A DNA stretch of 64,000 nucleotides from Octopus vulgaris (GCA_951406725.2 OX597825.1:83824001-83888000); one strand, 5' to 3'. Positions 1 through 13,328 are shown, counted from the first letter of the stretch. Numbers and translations: made by a program. The notes: generated by a model not told the origin, from the sequence alone.

Positions 1-6
1 TTAACC

Positions 7-1148
7 ATATGATTACAGACGTTACAATATGATTACAGATGTCACAATATGATTACAGACGTTACGATATGATTACAGACGTTACAATATGATTACAGAC
101 GTTACAATATGATTCCAGACGTTACAATATGATTACAGATGTCACAATATGATTACAGATGTCACAATATGATTACAGACGTTACGATATGATTACAGAC
201 GTTACAATATGATTACAGACGTTACAATATGATTACAGACGTTACAATATGATTACAGACGTTACGATATGATTACAGACGTTACAATATTATTACAGAC
301 GTTAAAATATGATTCCAGACGTTACAATATGATTAGGGATGTCACAATATGATTACAGACGTTACAATATGATTACAGACGTTACAATATGATTACAGAT
401 GTCACAATATGATTACATACGTTACAATATGATTACAGACGTTACAATATGATTACAGACGTTACAATATGATTACAGATGTCGCAATATGATTACAGAC
501 GTTACAATATGATTCCAGACGTTACAATATGATTACAGACGTTACAATATGATTCCAGACGTTACAATATGATTCCAGACGTTACAATATGAATACAGAT
601 GTCACAATATGATTACAGCCGTTACAATATGATTACAGACGTTACAATATGATTACATACGTTACAATATGATTACAGATGTCACAATATGATTACAGAC
701 GTTACAATATGATTACAGACGTTACAATATGATTACAGACGTTACGATATGATTACAGACGTTACAATATGAATACAGACGTTACGATATGATTACAGAT
801 GTCACAATATGATTACAGATGTCACAATATGATTACAGACGTTACAATATGATTCCAGACGTTACAATATGATTCCAGACGTTACAATATGAATACAGAT
901 GTCACAATATGATTACAGCCGTTACAATATGATTACAGACGTTACAATATGATTACAGACGTTACAATATGATTACAGATGTCACAATATGATTACAGAC
1001 GTTACAATATGATTACAGACGTTACAATATGATTACAGACGTTACGATATGATTACAGACGTTACAATATGAATACAGACGTTACGATATGATTACAGAT
1101 GTCACAATATGATTACAGATGTCACAATATGATTACAGACGTCATAAT
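7..1148. repeat. 20-bp tandem minisatellite (GATTACAGACGTTACAATAT), ~57 copies
   Basis: Head-to-tail 20-mers with few variants (gaT-gtC, gattCc, gaAtac); no spacers. Confidence 0.98.
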
Positions 1149-1925
1149 ATGCCATTGATTTTCAGGAAGTCATAGTTAACACCCCTTTTTAGAGGTGTCC
1201 GTATACTCAAAATATGTGTGTGTGAGTGTGGTTGTTTTGTGTAAATAAAAAAGGAAAAGTGAGACTCTAATTGATGTAACGATCGTTTTAGAAAATGTAG
1301 AAGGACTGGACCCAGAACCACATAGTTTACAAAACGAGACGGCCACAATTAGTTTGCCATTCATCATCGTCCACCATGATTCTCTTATGAAATTTCAAGT
1401 GGGCTGAGAAAGATCTACAACCAAATATTTTTTTAGGAAACAGTGCGCTAACCAATTAATTATTGCCCACTTAAACTCTGGAATTTTGATTCTCAGAGAC
1501 CAAACATTCCAGTTATAAATTAGAATTTAGATCAGTTATGAAAAATCCAAAATTCTAGAATAAAGAACTGCAACGTTGAGTAGTAATAGAAATACAATAT
1601 TACATACACTTGAATATGTCTCGATATTTCTTCTTTTCTATAAATTTACAAGAATTTTTGTTGTGATTAATCACTAGACTGAGTTAATTAACGATTCGGT
1701 ACGCTGTATGCTATTTAAGTTAGCAAGTAAATATTATCTCTTTAGGCACAATGTCTTTTTGTCTACAACATCTGTCAAATTTTCGTGATTTGTAAAGTGC
1801 AATATTTAACCCGCCGGAATATTTTCTTTGTACGTTGATTTTTTTATCATTGAAACTCTGAAAATAATTCAACCGCTTTTAATTAATAACTAATCAGGAA
1901 GCTTGTGGCATATACACCATTCGTT

Positions 1926-2420
<495 letters not shown>

Positions 2421-2438
2421 GTCACATAGACATATATA

Positions 2439-2489
<51 letters not shown>

Positions 2490-2499
2490 AACATAGATT

Positions 2500-3462
2500 C
2501 ATGGTGACCACTGAAAAACTGAAGGATTTGAAAAAATCATAACTTGTTCATTTTCCATCTTTTTTTTATTTTCTTTTTTCTTTGGCATGTTATAGAGCAT
2601 CCCTTGCAGATTAAAATGGCTATTTATGATGTCCAGCAATGAATAAAACTGATTGAGTGTTTCTATTCAAGTAAAAGATGAATTCTTTAAAACCAGATAA
2701 AATACCGGTAAGCGATAACATGATTCGAAACCTAATCGCCCAGTTTGAAAGAACTGGATCAGTCAGCGATCTTCCGGGAACAGGTCCTAACCGCACTGTC
2801 CGCACAGACGCAGCGGTGGAAGCTGTACGGCAGAATGTCATTGAAGGCGGTCAGCTGACGGAAACGTTAGCACACCGGGCGAAATGCTAAGTGGTATTTC
2901 GTCTGCCACTACGTTCTGAGTTCAAATTCTGCCGAGGTCGACTTTGCCTTTCATCCTTTCAGGGTCGATTAAGTAAGTACCAGTTACGCACTGGGGTCGA
3001 TATAATCCACTTAATCCGTTTGTATGTCCTTGTTTGTCCTCTCTGTGTTTAGCCACTTGTGGGTAGTAAAGAAATAGGTATTTCGGCTGCCGTTACGTTC
3101 TGAGTTCAAATTCCGCCGAGGTCGACTTTGCCTTTAATCCTTTCGGGGTCAATAATTTAAGTGCCAGTTACACACTGGGGTCGATATAATCGACTTAATC
3201 CGTTTGTCTGTCCTTGTGTGTCCCCTCTATGTTTAGCCCTTTCGTGGGCAATCAAGAAATAAGAATGGCCTTGAGGATCCATCAGCTTCTACCCGTTGTC
3301 GCTCTGCTCAAATAGGCATCGCCAGAACATCCCTTTAGAACATTCTGAAAGTGAAATTTTAAAATAGTGATAAAAAAGAATGATAAAAACAAAATTTTAA
3401 AACCGTGTGTTTGTAAACGTTATTTTTGCTTTATATCATTCAATCTTTCAGTGGCAACCCTG
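2500..3462 (+). mobile_element. Internally deleted Tc1/mariner element with N-terminal HTH (DUF4817-like) remnant
   Basis: Imperfect ~27-bp TIRs (catggtgaccactgaaaaactgaagga at 2500; tcattcaatctttcagtggcaaccctg-TA at 3436-3464). Peptide IRNLIAQFERTGSVSDLPGTGPNRTVRT..VRQNVIE continues after the SINE as EDPSASTRCRSAQIGIARTSL*NILK. Confidence 0.85.
2845..3261 (+). mobile_element. tRNA-derived SINE family A with duplicated 3' body, inserted in the mariner remnant
   Basis: B-box-like gagttcaaattc; central gcctttcatcctttcggggtcgat..aagtaccag (Meta/Sauria-SINE-like domain); ~13-bp TSD agaatgtcattga (2832) / agaatggccttga (3262). Confidence 0.9.
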
Positions 3463-3742
3463 TATTAAGAATCAAATGAAGAAAAGCGCTTTGGGAATTT
3501 TATCATAGATAAAAGAAAGAGTATTGATATTTTTATCAAGGTAAGCTGCCGAGTTCAATTGCGTAAATAGCCGATTTAGCTTAAATCGCCTTTTTTTAGC
3601 GAATGAAACCGGCAGCGTGTTTGATAAAAACTAAAATACGTTTTCTCCTGTTATTCATAACAAAGTTCTCAAACTATTTTCTGCTATTTGCTATTTTTTT
3701 TATTATAACCTTACTCGTAGAAATCCTCTTAATCTTTCCAAT

Positions 3743-3779
<37 letters not shown>

Positions 3780-4108
3780 GTGAAGGCGCGTAGCTTAGTG
3801 GTTATGGCATTCGGCTCACGATTGTAAGTTCGTGAGATCGATTCCCGGCGACACGTTGTGTCCTTGAGCAAGATACTTTATTTCACATTGCTCCAGTCCA
3901 CTCAGCTCAGCTGGCAGAAATGAGTTGTACCTGTATTTCAAAGGGCCGGCCTTGTCCCACTTTGTGTCACGCTGAATCTCCCTGAGAACTATATTTAGGG
4001 TACACGTGTCAATGGAGTGCTCAACCACTTGCATGTTAATTTCATGAGCAGGTTGTTCCCTTGATCATATCAGCTGGGACCCTCGTCGTTGTAAGCGACG
4101 GAGTGCTC
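3780..4108 (+). mobile_element. tRNA-derived SINE family C
   Basis: A-box tagcttagtgg, B-box-like gatcgattccc, tgtgtccttgagcaagatactt core; 3' tail shared with 36745-37122. Confidence 0.85.
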
Positions 4109-4110
4109 CT

Positions 4111-4198
<88 letters not shown>

Positions 4199-4201
<3 letters not shown>

Positions 4202-4486
4202 ATTAGGGAGTAAATCCAAGCTTACTGGGAAAAATTAGATTTAGGATTAAATCTAATTTTATAGTATAAATATAAATTAATGATTTAAAATTTTTAACAT
4301 TGAATTTTATATTTTATATATTTTGTATATTATATTAATAGATTTTATTTCTATGTTTTGGTTTATGTTTTTCACTGTTTGATTTGCCTAATAGTGGTTT
4401 TATCTCTAATTTATATTTATACGGTAAAATTAATTTTAATCCTAAATCTAATTTTTCCCTGTAAGTTTGGATTTACTCCCTAATAT

Positions 4487-4487
<1 letters not shown>
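4199..4487. repeat. Fold-back element with ~80-bp inverted arms in (TA)n
   Basis: aatattagggagtaaatccaa... / ...ttggatttactccctaatatt; related ends at ~56001-56135 and ~62819-62885. Confidence 0.85.
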
Positions 4488-4527
<40 letters not shown>

Positions 4528-4528
<1 letters not shown>

Positions 4529-4708
4529 CTATATTTAAGAGATGAAGAATTATGTACACTACTTACATTATTTACGTTTGACGGATATTTGTCCTTATCT
4601 TGTTTGTTGCTGACACAACGTTTCGGCTGATATACCCTCCAGTCTTCATCAAGTGTCTTGGGGGAAATTTCGAACCTGGATTCTCATTCCTAAGGTATTT
4701 TTCGATGC
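4528..4708 (-). mobile_element. Penelope-like pseudo-LTR fragment (inverted partner at 5224-5375)
   Basis: Inverted match to 5224-5375; contains a minimal hammerhead. Confidence 0.7.
4612..4657 (-). ncRNA. Minimal type I hammerhead ribozyme (degenerate, C3U)
   Basis: GACAC-UUGAUGA-A-GACUGG-AGGGUAUA-UCAGCC-GAAA-CG-UU-GUGUC; palindromic ACGU stem III. Confidence 0.7.
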
Positions 4709-4785
4709 TGTTATTATTATTGTTGTTGTTGTATTTGTTATTATCATTATTATAGTTTTTATTATCATTATTATTATTATTATTC

Positions 4786-5122
4786 AGTAGTTTTATTTTT
4801 ATAGAGTGCTTTCACTTCACTACCGAGCGCAGCTCTGTGTGCCTTGGGTATGTGCTGTGATTTGTTGTAATGCTCTGATGGTTATTGTATGGAAAGTGTT
4901 CTGCGTAGGATGTGTGCAGTGCCTAGTATTGCAATTTTCTGTATGTCATATGTGTTTGTAAGTCCTGGTGTTTTTGTTATGTATTTGTCTGAATATTTTT
5001 TTATCATGCCTAATGCACCTACTATGATAGGAATTGTTTCTGTTTTCAGGTTCCACATTCTAGTTACCTCTATTTCCAGGTCTTTGTATTTTGAGAGTTT
5101 CTCCATTTCTTTTAGAGACACG
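4786..5122 (-). mobile_element. 5'-truncated R4/Dong-clade non-LTR retrotransposon 3' end (restriction-like endonuclease C-terminus plus 3' UTR)
   Basis: KEMEKLSKYKDLEIEVTRMWNLKTETIPIIVGALG..IQKIAILGTAHILRRTL; flanked by (TTA)n on both sides. Confidence 0.85.
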
Positions 5123-5199
<77 letters not shown>

Positions 5200-5273
5200 G
5201 TTATTATTTCTCTTATTACAATAACATCGAAAAATACCTTAGGAATGTGAACCCAGGTTCGAAATTTCCCCAA

Positions 5274-5317
5274 GGCACCTGATCAAGGCAGGAGGGTATA
5301 TCAGCCGAAATGTTGTT
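5274..5317 (+). ncRNA. Minimal hammerhead, degenerate inverted copy of 4612-4657
   Basis: GGCAC-CUGAUCA-A-GGCAGG-AGGGUAUA-UCAGCC-GAAA-UG-UU. Confidence 0.55.
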
Positions 5318-5432
5318 AATACAACAAACAAGATGACAAATATTCTTCAAATGTAAATAATGTAAATAATGTGTGTAAATACATATATATATATATATGA
5401 ATTTGGGAGACGGAAACTGAAAGAAGCCCATC

Positions 5433-5462
<30 letters not shown>

Positions 5463-5466
<4 letters not shown>

Positions 5467-5620
5467 GATGGGCTTCTTTCAGTTTCCGTCTCCCAAATTC
5501 ACTTTCAAGACATTGGTCAGCCTGAAGCCATAGTAGATGACACTTGCCCAAGGTGTCCCGCAATGGGACTGAACCCGGAACCATGTAGTTGGGAAGCAAG
5601 CTTCTTACTACGGTGCCACG
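5463..5620 (-). mobile_element. SINE family B 5' half
   Basis: Matches head of 63535-63700. Confidence 0.8.
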
Positions 5621-5651
5621 TCTGATAAAGAAATAAGCTATGAACTTTATT

Positions 5652-5712
5652 AGCTGACAGCTGTTTCTGCTTTTTGAATGCTTCTGTATCACTCTACAGC
5701 TTCACCGGAGCT
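5652..5712 (-). ncRNA. Degenerate hammerhead-like motif
   Basis: AGCU-CCGGUGA-A-GCU...AGC-A-GAAA-CAGCUG-UC-AGCU. Confidence 0.45.
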
Positions 5713-5764
5713 TCAGAAATGTAGTGCAATTTTATTTAGAAAAGCGATTGCTTATATATATATA

Positions 5765-5904
5765 GTTTTTTCTGTGTCCCTTTCTGTAGAAGAGCGTAGG
5801 CTCGAAACATAAAAGACTTTTTCTATTCCTGAGCGTTATACTAATACATCTGTTTGTTTTGTACACCACATGTCTTCCTCTTCTGTTTTTGTTCGTAAAC
5901 GCTC

Positions 5905-5908
<4 letters not shown>
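5765..5908 (+). mobile_element. Short (TA)n-embedded PLE-like non-autonomous element with CUGUNGA hammerhead (5780-5815)
   Basis: Same family at 13329-13500, 27185-27330, 38228-38430, 52223-52433. Confidence 0.7.
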
Positions 5909-5974
<66 letters not shown>

Positions 5975-7073
5975 CAAAAGAAATAAGCATAAACGTATGT
6001 AGGAAATGCAGTCAGGAGTTTGATGTGTGGAAATAGATAGGTATAGGAAGAACCTGTATGAAAAGATTTAAAAAAAGAAAACTTGTAAAAATATTTATAG
6101 CGAAAGAAGATGGATTAAATGTAACAGAACCCACGACAATTTAAGAAAGAGCAAAGAAAAGGGAGAAAGAAATAAAAGTGAACCAGAAAGCGTTTATGAG
6201 CATCAATAAGGTTTTTACTAGTGAAGGAATCCAACCAGATTGTCAATGTGTAATTACCAAGGTGCGAGGCGGGATATACTCTGGAGACATGTTATAGATA
6301 ACTGTGTGTGCAGCTGTGATATGTGTATGAAGAGAATGAAGGGAGATAATCACACAGCATTATGCCGACTCACTGTGGGTGTATCTCTGCTATGATACAC
6401 AAGAGGTGACATTGATTTAATGCTACTCCAGTAGCATAAACCGAGTTTAATAATGTCTCGATAATTCTAAACTCTCTTGGAATTTGCTACTGGATTTTTC
6501 CTTCTTTCCTTAAGAAATGCTATTGAAGTCTTGCATTATCTGTATTTGTACCAGTTCTGCGCCAAAGAGATCCTATCTTCTTTGCAATAGAATCTGTCTT
6601 CTGGAAATGTAAAAACCCGTCATCTTTTGGTATGCAAAGAAATAGAGATTTTTTGCTTTGGAGCAAGTTGTTCCTCGTGCGAAAATAATTTGGATTTTAT
6701 CCACATCAGCACACGATTTCTTTTTTTCTTTTCTTTCTTTTTTAACGCATATCTAACACAAACAACGGGCATAACTTTATCTTTCAACCCACGTTCTAAT
6801 TAGAGACTTTTAGACGCTGTTTTTTAACATGAAAAAAAATATCACATACTTCCATCGAAAACTATATTTCTTCACATTTAAAAATCTCTTTTCAAAAGTG
6901 TTTATCGTGAAGGAACAATATTTCGCCGAAGTTGACTTTGTCTTTCATTCACTTGGGGTTGATAAAGTAAGTGACAGTTGAGCAGTGGGGTCGATCTAAT
7001 CGACTTATCCCCTTTCCCAGTGAACTTGCTGGCTTTTTGCCAAAATTTCAAGCCACTATTAAGAAAGAATTCT

Positions 7074-7290
7074 AAGGCAGCGAACTGGTAGGACCGTTAT
7101 TGCAGCGGGCAAAATGCTTAGCGGCATTTCGTCTGTCTTCACATTCTGAGTTCAAATTCCGCCGAGATCGACTTTGCTTTTTATCCTTTTGGGGTTGATA
7201 AAATAAGTACCAGTTGAGTACTGGTGTCGATGTAATCGACCTACATCTCCCTCAACATTGCTGGCATTGAGTCAAAATTTGAAACCATTA
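7074..7290 (+). mobile_element. SINE family A
   Basis: Family consensus match. Confidence 0.85.
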
Positions 7291-7313
7291 CTGTTGTTAT
7301 TATCACCATCTTC

Positions 7314-7527
7314 AAGGCGGCGATCTGGCAGAATCGTTAGCACGCTGGACGGAATGCTCAACAGTGTTTCGCCTGTCGCTACGTTGAGTTCAAATTCCGC
7401 CGAAGTCGACTTTGCCATTCATCCTTTCGGAATACGTAAAATAAGTACCAGTAAAATACTGGGTCGAAGTAATAGACTAGTCCCCTCCCCAACAATTTCA
7501 GACCTTGCGGCTATAGTAGAGAAGATT
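7314..7527 (+). mobile_element. SINE family A
   Basis: Family consensus match. Confidence 0.85.
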
Positions 7528-7546
7528 ATTATCACGATCATCGTTG

Positions 7547-7602
<56 letters not shown>

Positions 7603-7603
7603 G

Positions 7604-8191
7604 AGTGAAAGAGCAGTGCATGCCATCAATGTGACACTGGGGTAAAATATACGAAGCCCAGTATACCCATCAGGACTACCCGTCTGATAAAGGTACACCA
7701 GGCAAATGCATCACAACCATATGTGCACGACATGGTGATCTCATAACAAGATAAACAGCACATGACCTTGCGGGTGGGGCCCAGTTAGAATTTTCTTCTG
7801 GTTGGGTAACCCATCCCACTCAAAAGGTCCTTGATTTAGGGTTGTTTAAGGATGTTGAATGAAATACCCATGTTCCCAGGGGTGAATCATTCAAACCCAA
7901 AAGAATCCCTCTCAACACATGGCTATGATGCTCCCCCACTACTTCTACTCGTGATCAGAGATGCACATATCGTCAGCCACTAAGGGACATGCTCAACTGT
8001 TTAAGGTCAAACAACTGACAAGCAAATCTGTGGTATTGAGCAGAATATTTGCTGTAGCCCATCTTTTATACCAAGACAAAACAATGTACATGATAACACT
8101 ACCAATCAGTTAAGATCAGAAGCCATGAGAGCCACTGCCTGGTACTAGACAAAACAATGTACATGATAACACTTCCAGTCAGTTAAGATCA
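7604..8191 (-). mobile_element. ~550-bp non-coding interspersed element inserted in (TAA)n (probable Dong/R4-mobilised non-autonomous element)
   Basis: Second copy at 21425-21952; flanked by TAA repeats; internal ~45-bp duplication 8074-8119/8147-8191. Confidence 0.7.
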
Positions 8192-8212
8192 TTTTTATTA
8201 ATATTAATAATA

Positions 8213-8287
<75 letters not shown>

Positions 8288-8852
8288 CATTATGGCGGCG
8301 AGCTAGCAGAGTTGTTAGCTCACCAAATGAAATGTTTATCGGGATTTCTTCCGTCCTTACGTTTTGGGTAGTTTTACAGTATTTGTCGCTGTTCCTCACG
8401 TTTTGAACTTAAATCCCGCTAAGACCAATTTAGGCTTTCAGCCTTTCCGGTTCGATAAATTAAATACCGGTCAAGTACTGGGATTAGTGGTATCCGTTAA
8501 TTCCATCCTCTCAAAATTGCTGGCCTTCTGCCAAACTTTGAAATCGCTCTTATCGAATAGCTCAAGACTATTCTATCAAGAAGTTCCTATACGCTTAGTT
8601 CTTATGTTTTGTGAATTAGCAGAGATATTGGTCTTGAAGAATATGGCGGGTAAGTTAGGAGATGAAAAACGATTTTTATCATACTTGAGACTGTGGACTA
8701 AAAGAATAAATATCCATCCGAATGCTGTATGTATCATGACCTAGTGGTCAAGGTTGCACTCACGAACGCCAAACCGTGGATTCGATTCCCAGACGAGGCA
8801 GCTTTTCGTATTCTGGAATAAAACATTTCGTTTCACAATACGCTACTGCTGT

Positions 8853-9170
8853 AAGGCGGCGAGCGGGAAGAATCGTTAATACGCCGGGTTAAATGCTTAG
8901 TAGTATTTCGTCTACCTCTACATTCTGAGTTCAAATTCTGCCGAGGTCGACTTTGCCTTTCATCCTTTCGGGGTCGATAAATTAAGTACCAGTTACGCAG
9001 TGGGGTCGATAAATTAAGTACCAGTTACGCAGTGGGGTCGATTTAATCGACTTAATCCCTTTGTCTGTCCTTATTTGTCCCCTCTGTGTTTAGCCCCTTG
9101 TGGGTAGTAAAGAAATAAGTATTTCGTCTACCGCTACATTCTGTGTTCAAATTCCGCCGAGGTCGACTTT
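8853..9170 (+). mobile_element. SINE family A with internal tandem duplications
   Basis: 32-bp duplication at ~8970-9040; body restarts at ~9119. Confidence 0.88.
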
Positions 9171-9424
9171 GACACAAACATGATAAAAGGATGTTTGTGT
9201 CGTATTAAGCGCTTTCGCTATTTTCAGCTTTTCAAACACTCGGCGAGAAGTAATTAGCGCCACACGATATCGTTCTCAATTAAGGTTTGTCTCACTCTCC
9301 TTTTTTTAAGAATATTTTTTAGCATTAATACCTTTAATTTAATACAATCTTCCCTCACAAAATACTTATAAAATGCGTCGCCTTTTATCCAACTTCAGAC
9401 ATTATCTCGCTGTAACATAATCCC

Positions 9425-9617
9425 ATATTCTATTGGCGCTGAGGTTTTGATCGATTACATCGAATCCCGGTACTGCACCGGTACTTATTTTATCGACCCC
9501 GAAATGTTGCAAGGTGAAATTGATCTCGGTGGGATTTGAACTCAGAACGTAAGGACTGGAGAATTGCCACCAAGCATTTTGTCCGGTGTGCTTATGGATT
9601 GGCCAGCTCACCGCTTT
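9425..9617 (-). mobile_element. SINE family A (diverged)
   Basis: Reverse complement match. Confidence 0.75.
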
Positions 9618-10530
9618 AGCTCTCTGTAACGTAATGCAGTAAAATGTTTTTCTCGGTGATCTGTAGTGATTCAGAATCCAATTGCACTCGGACCATCCAA
9701 TAATAAGTTACGAACAACCACAATGTTGAAACGTACGCAGGGAACAAACATAATCTTGCGATCATTGTAATTTGTGCTATGTACCTATATGCGTGTATGT
9801 GTGTGTAAGTGTTTATTATTCGTGTGTATGTGCGAGTGTGCGAGTGTGTGTGTATGTCTGTGTTTGCATATATAATATGTAATATAGATCTATATGTGTG
9901 AGTAGATTAGTGATAAATTAAAGAATAGATGTTTATATATTTTATAAATAACCACAAGTATAGGATTCAAAGGACCAATATTTGAATGAAAATATAATTG
10001 AATTTTTAATGTTAGAAAATATGCGCAGTGTTGAAAGTACTGCAACGCCTTAGGGCCTCAAACGGCGTATCAGAATCGCGAAATGCATCGGAATTCCGAC
10101 AAATAAATTTCTTTCTTTTACACTCCAATAAATTTCATTATATACTATTCGCCATTCATTTCGCTATTAAAGGCTTTACAAACTTACGCATTTGCTTGTT
10201 TGATATTTTTTCTCGTGTATTTTTTTTTTGTCTTCTTCCTATCCTCTTTCTCTTTCCCTCCTTCTCCCCTCCTCTTCCTCCTCCTCCACGTTGTCATCGT
10301 CGTCGTCGTCGTCGTCGTCATTCTTAGTCTAACATGCAAAGCAATACAATGCAGAAACATACGCACACACACACACACATATATATTTATATTTATTTAT
10401 AAATGTATATATATGTGTATAGCACACACACATACACACATTGACACACACACACATATATATATATATGCATACATATATATATGTGTGTGTGTAGGCA
10501 TATTACACATATATGAGTGTGTAGATGTGC

Positions 10531-10576
<46 letters not shown>

Positions 10577-10723
10577 GTGTGTATATATATGTATATATAT
10601 ATATATATGTATATACATGTGTGTATAAATATATATGTGTGTATATATATATATATATGTGTGTGTGTGTATATATATATGTATATATATGCGTGTATAT
10701 ATATGTGTTTATATATATATATA

Positions 10724-10831
<108 letters not shown>

Positions 10832-11695
10832 TCTGTGTGTGTGTCTGTATCTGTGTTAGAAGATCTACATCCTTTATTGAATTAAGGTCGTTTTAAATTT
10901 AAGATAGCGAAAAATCCTTCCGGTGTATACAAATATTTCGAATCAATAATAAAAAAAATAAACAACACGCAAAAAGCAAAAGAAATAATGATGCAATTTT
11001 TCTTCTTTAAATTTCAATTATAGAATGAAATTTATAAATGAAATTGAAAAGTTTCCCCATATAAACTTTATTTCTAATCACTGTACTTTTAATCACCTAA
11101 ATGTAAATCTGTACTTGATTAAAACTAAAAAAAAAAATAATAATAATAATAACACGGTCTCAGGCTGTTAAAATCGGCCTTCGTAACGGACTGAAAACGT
11201 TACTAATAGCAACGAAAGAGCTTTGACTAAATCATACAACTAAACAAAACAATTGGCTTACCCTAATTAAATATTCTCAATGACATGAGGTACTCGTCCA
11301 GCCATGGTTTCGTTGTCCTTTTTCCTCTAATATTTACGTGGTAAAACGGAAGACTACTACGGATCCCTGGCTCCAGCCTCAGCTGTGAACTTGGAACTTA
11401 ACGGACGACCAATCATAGCACTTACACGTCTAGATCACCAGTGAACTAAACCCCTAATATTCTTTATATATGGAGAAGGCGAAGCAGGGGCAGCTGAAGA
11501 AGGGGAATAATCCTTGTGTTGTATGTCTTGTACTCTGCTTTTTCGTTGTTTGAAAAAAGTCTGTTTCCATGGTTTTGATTTTATGTGTTCGTTTCTCATT
11601 TTGTTCGACGTTTTTTTGGTGTCCTGTACCCATATATGCATGTATATATACATATAGATGTATGTAATATGCATATTTTTTATTTATTATTTTGT

Positions 11696-11742
<47 letters not shown>

Positions 11743-11745
<3 letters not shown>

Positions 11746-12137
11746 GCGCAGGAGTGGCTGTGTGGTTATGGTTCCGGGTTCAATCCCACTGTGTGGCACC
11801 TTGGGCAAGTGTCTTCTACTATGGCCTCGGGCCGACCAAAGCCTTGTGAGTGTATTTGGTAGACGGAAACTGAAAGAAGCCCGTCGTATATATGTATATT
11901 TATATGCGTGTGTGTGTTTGTGTGTCTGTATTTGTCCCCCTAGCATTGCTTGACAACCGATGCTGGTGTGTTTATGTACCCGTTACTTAGCGGTTCAGCA
12001 AAAAGAGACCGATAAAATGAGTACTGGGCTTACAAAAGAATAAGTCCCGGGGTCGAGTTGCTCGATTAAAGGCGGTGCTCCAACATGGCCGCAGTCAAAT
12101 GACTGAAACAAGTAAAAGAGTAAAAGAGTAAAAGAGT
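11743..12137 (+). mobile_element. Full-length tRNA-derived SINE family B with internal TA/TG microsatellite and (GTAAAAGA)n tail
   Basis: tggctgtgtgg A-box, ggttcaatccc B-box, ccttgggcaagt core. Confidence 0.9.
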
Positions 12138-13328
12138 ATACATACATAGACGGAGTTTTACACAAATTCTATCTATCAAGTTAACTCACAGAGCATTGGC
12201 TTGCTCATGATGCCGTGCAGTAACACTGAATGCGTTACGTGTTTACGACGCGAACCACTGAACCACACAACCACGTGTATGGTGCAGATAAATCCCGCTT
12301 TTAAATCGTCGAACTAACAGTGTTAAATTAAACGTATTAGACATATTATAAACTGGAGCAAATTGAAACTTCGTAACTACCAGCTTTAAAACACGAGTAC
12401 AACATATTCCTTTTTTCCTCGAGTATCCGCTAAAGTTTGTTTTGATGATAGCTACGATGAGACTTGTCATATTCTTGTGAAGATTTCTAAGAGAACCTAT
12501 AAGAGAAAAGAATTTCTAAGCTGTTTGTTCTGTTTCAGCTCCTTAACAGTTCTCACAACGGTTTTTCATTCGTATGACACTAGTAAAATAAAATATTTAT
12601 TTCCAAATATACATTTCTCCAATATAAGAATCCTTCTCTATCTTTTTTCACACAAACATTCAATGTAACAGATACGTAGTTTCTTTCGAAAACAGTTTTC
12701 ACTTTCATATTAGCAAAGTAGATAAATAAAAAAGATTTTGACATCTCAGATTTGGTTCAAACAACAGATTATATTCTATAAGGAAATCTTTTCGAATCTT
12801 TGAATGTTGATTATAAATTTTATTTTGTATCAGTACAACACGTCTTTGTAAATGGCTGTCTATGTATATATTACATAAACATATGATTCTGAGCTACAAT
12901 GCAAATACGATGCGTTCACACATTTACACATACAAGCATACACATATACACACACAGATATATATATATATATGTATGTATACACACACACACACATAAA
13001 CATATACACATACTTTAATGCACACACACACACACACAGGATATATATTTCCACCTCGGCATCCGAAACTCGGAGTTTTATCTTGGCTACCGAATAATTG
13101 TCACATATTACATTTACAGATAAATTCCTCTCTTTACATAATATCGAGGTCTCTTTCATTCTTTTGTTGTCTTACCGTTTTTATCAATATATATATATGC
13201 GTGTATGTATTGAATTTTCCATGTTAATAGTAAACATAGGATAATTCATTCACCCATCAAAATATATATATGTATATATACACTTATATATGTATATATA
13301 TATACACATATATATATATATATATATA

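Noticed and set aside
7-1148. CRISPR-like array or coding repeat
   Set aside because: No unique spacers, no cas genes, stop codons on both strands; eukaryotic minisatellite.
6200-6420. Cys-containing stretch as a host exon
   Set aside because: Stops in all frames and no recognisable domain; possibly an old TE.
11490-11530. CUGAAGA plus hairpin as a hammerhead
   Set aside because: No GAAA/stem III follows.
11743-11800. tRNA genes
   Set aside because: The tRNA-like segments are SINE heads without a complete cloverleaf.
13060-13085. GAAACUCGGAGUU hammerhead 3' half
   Set aside because: 5' core absent; 10075-10095 and 63200-63275 are similarly too degenerate to call.
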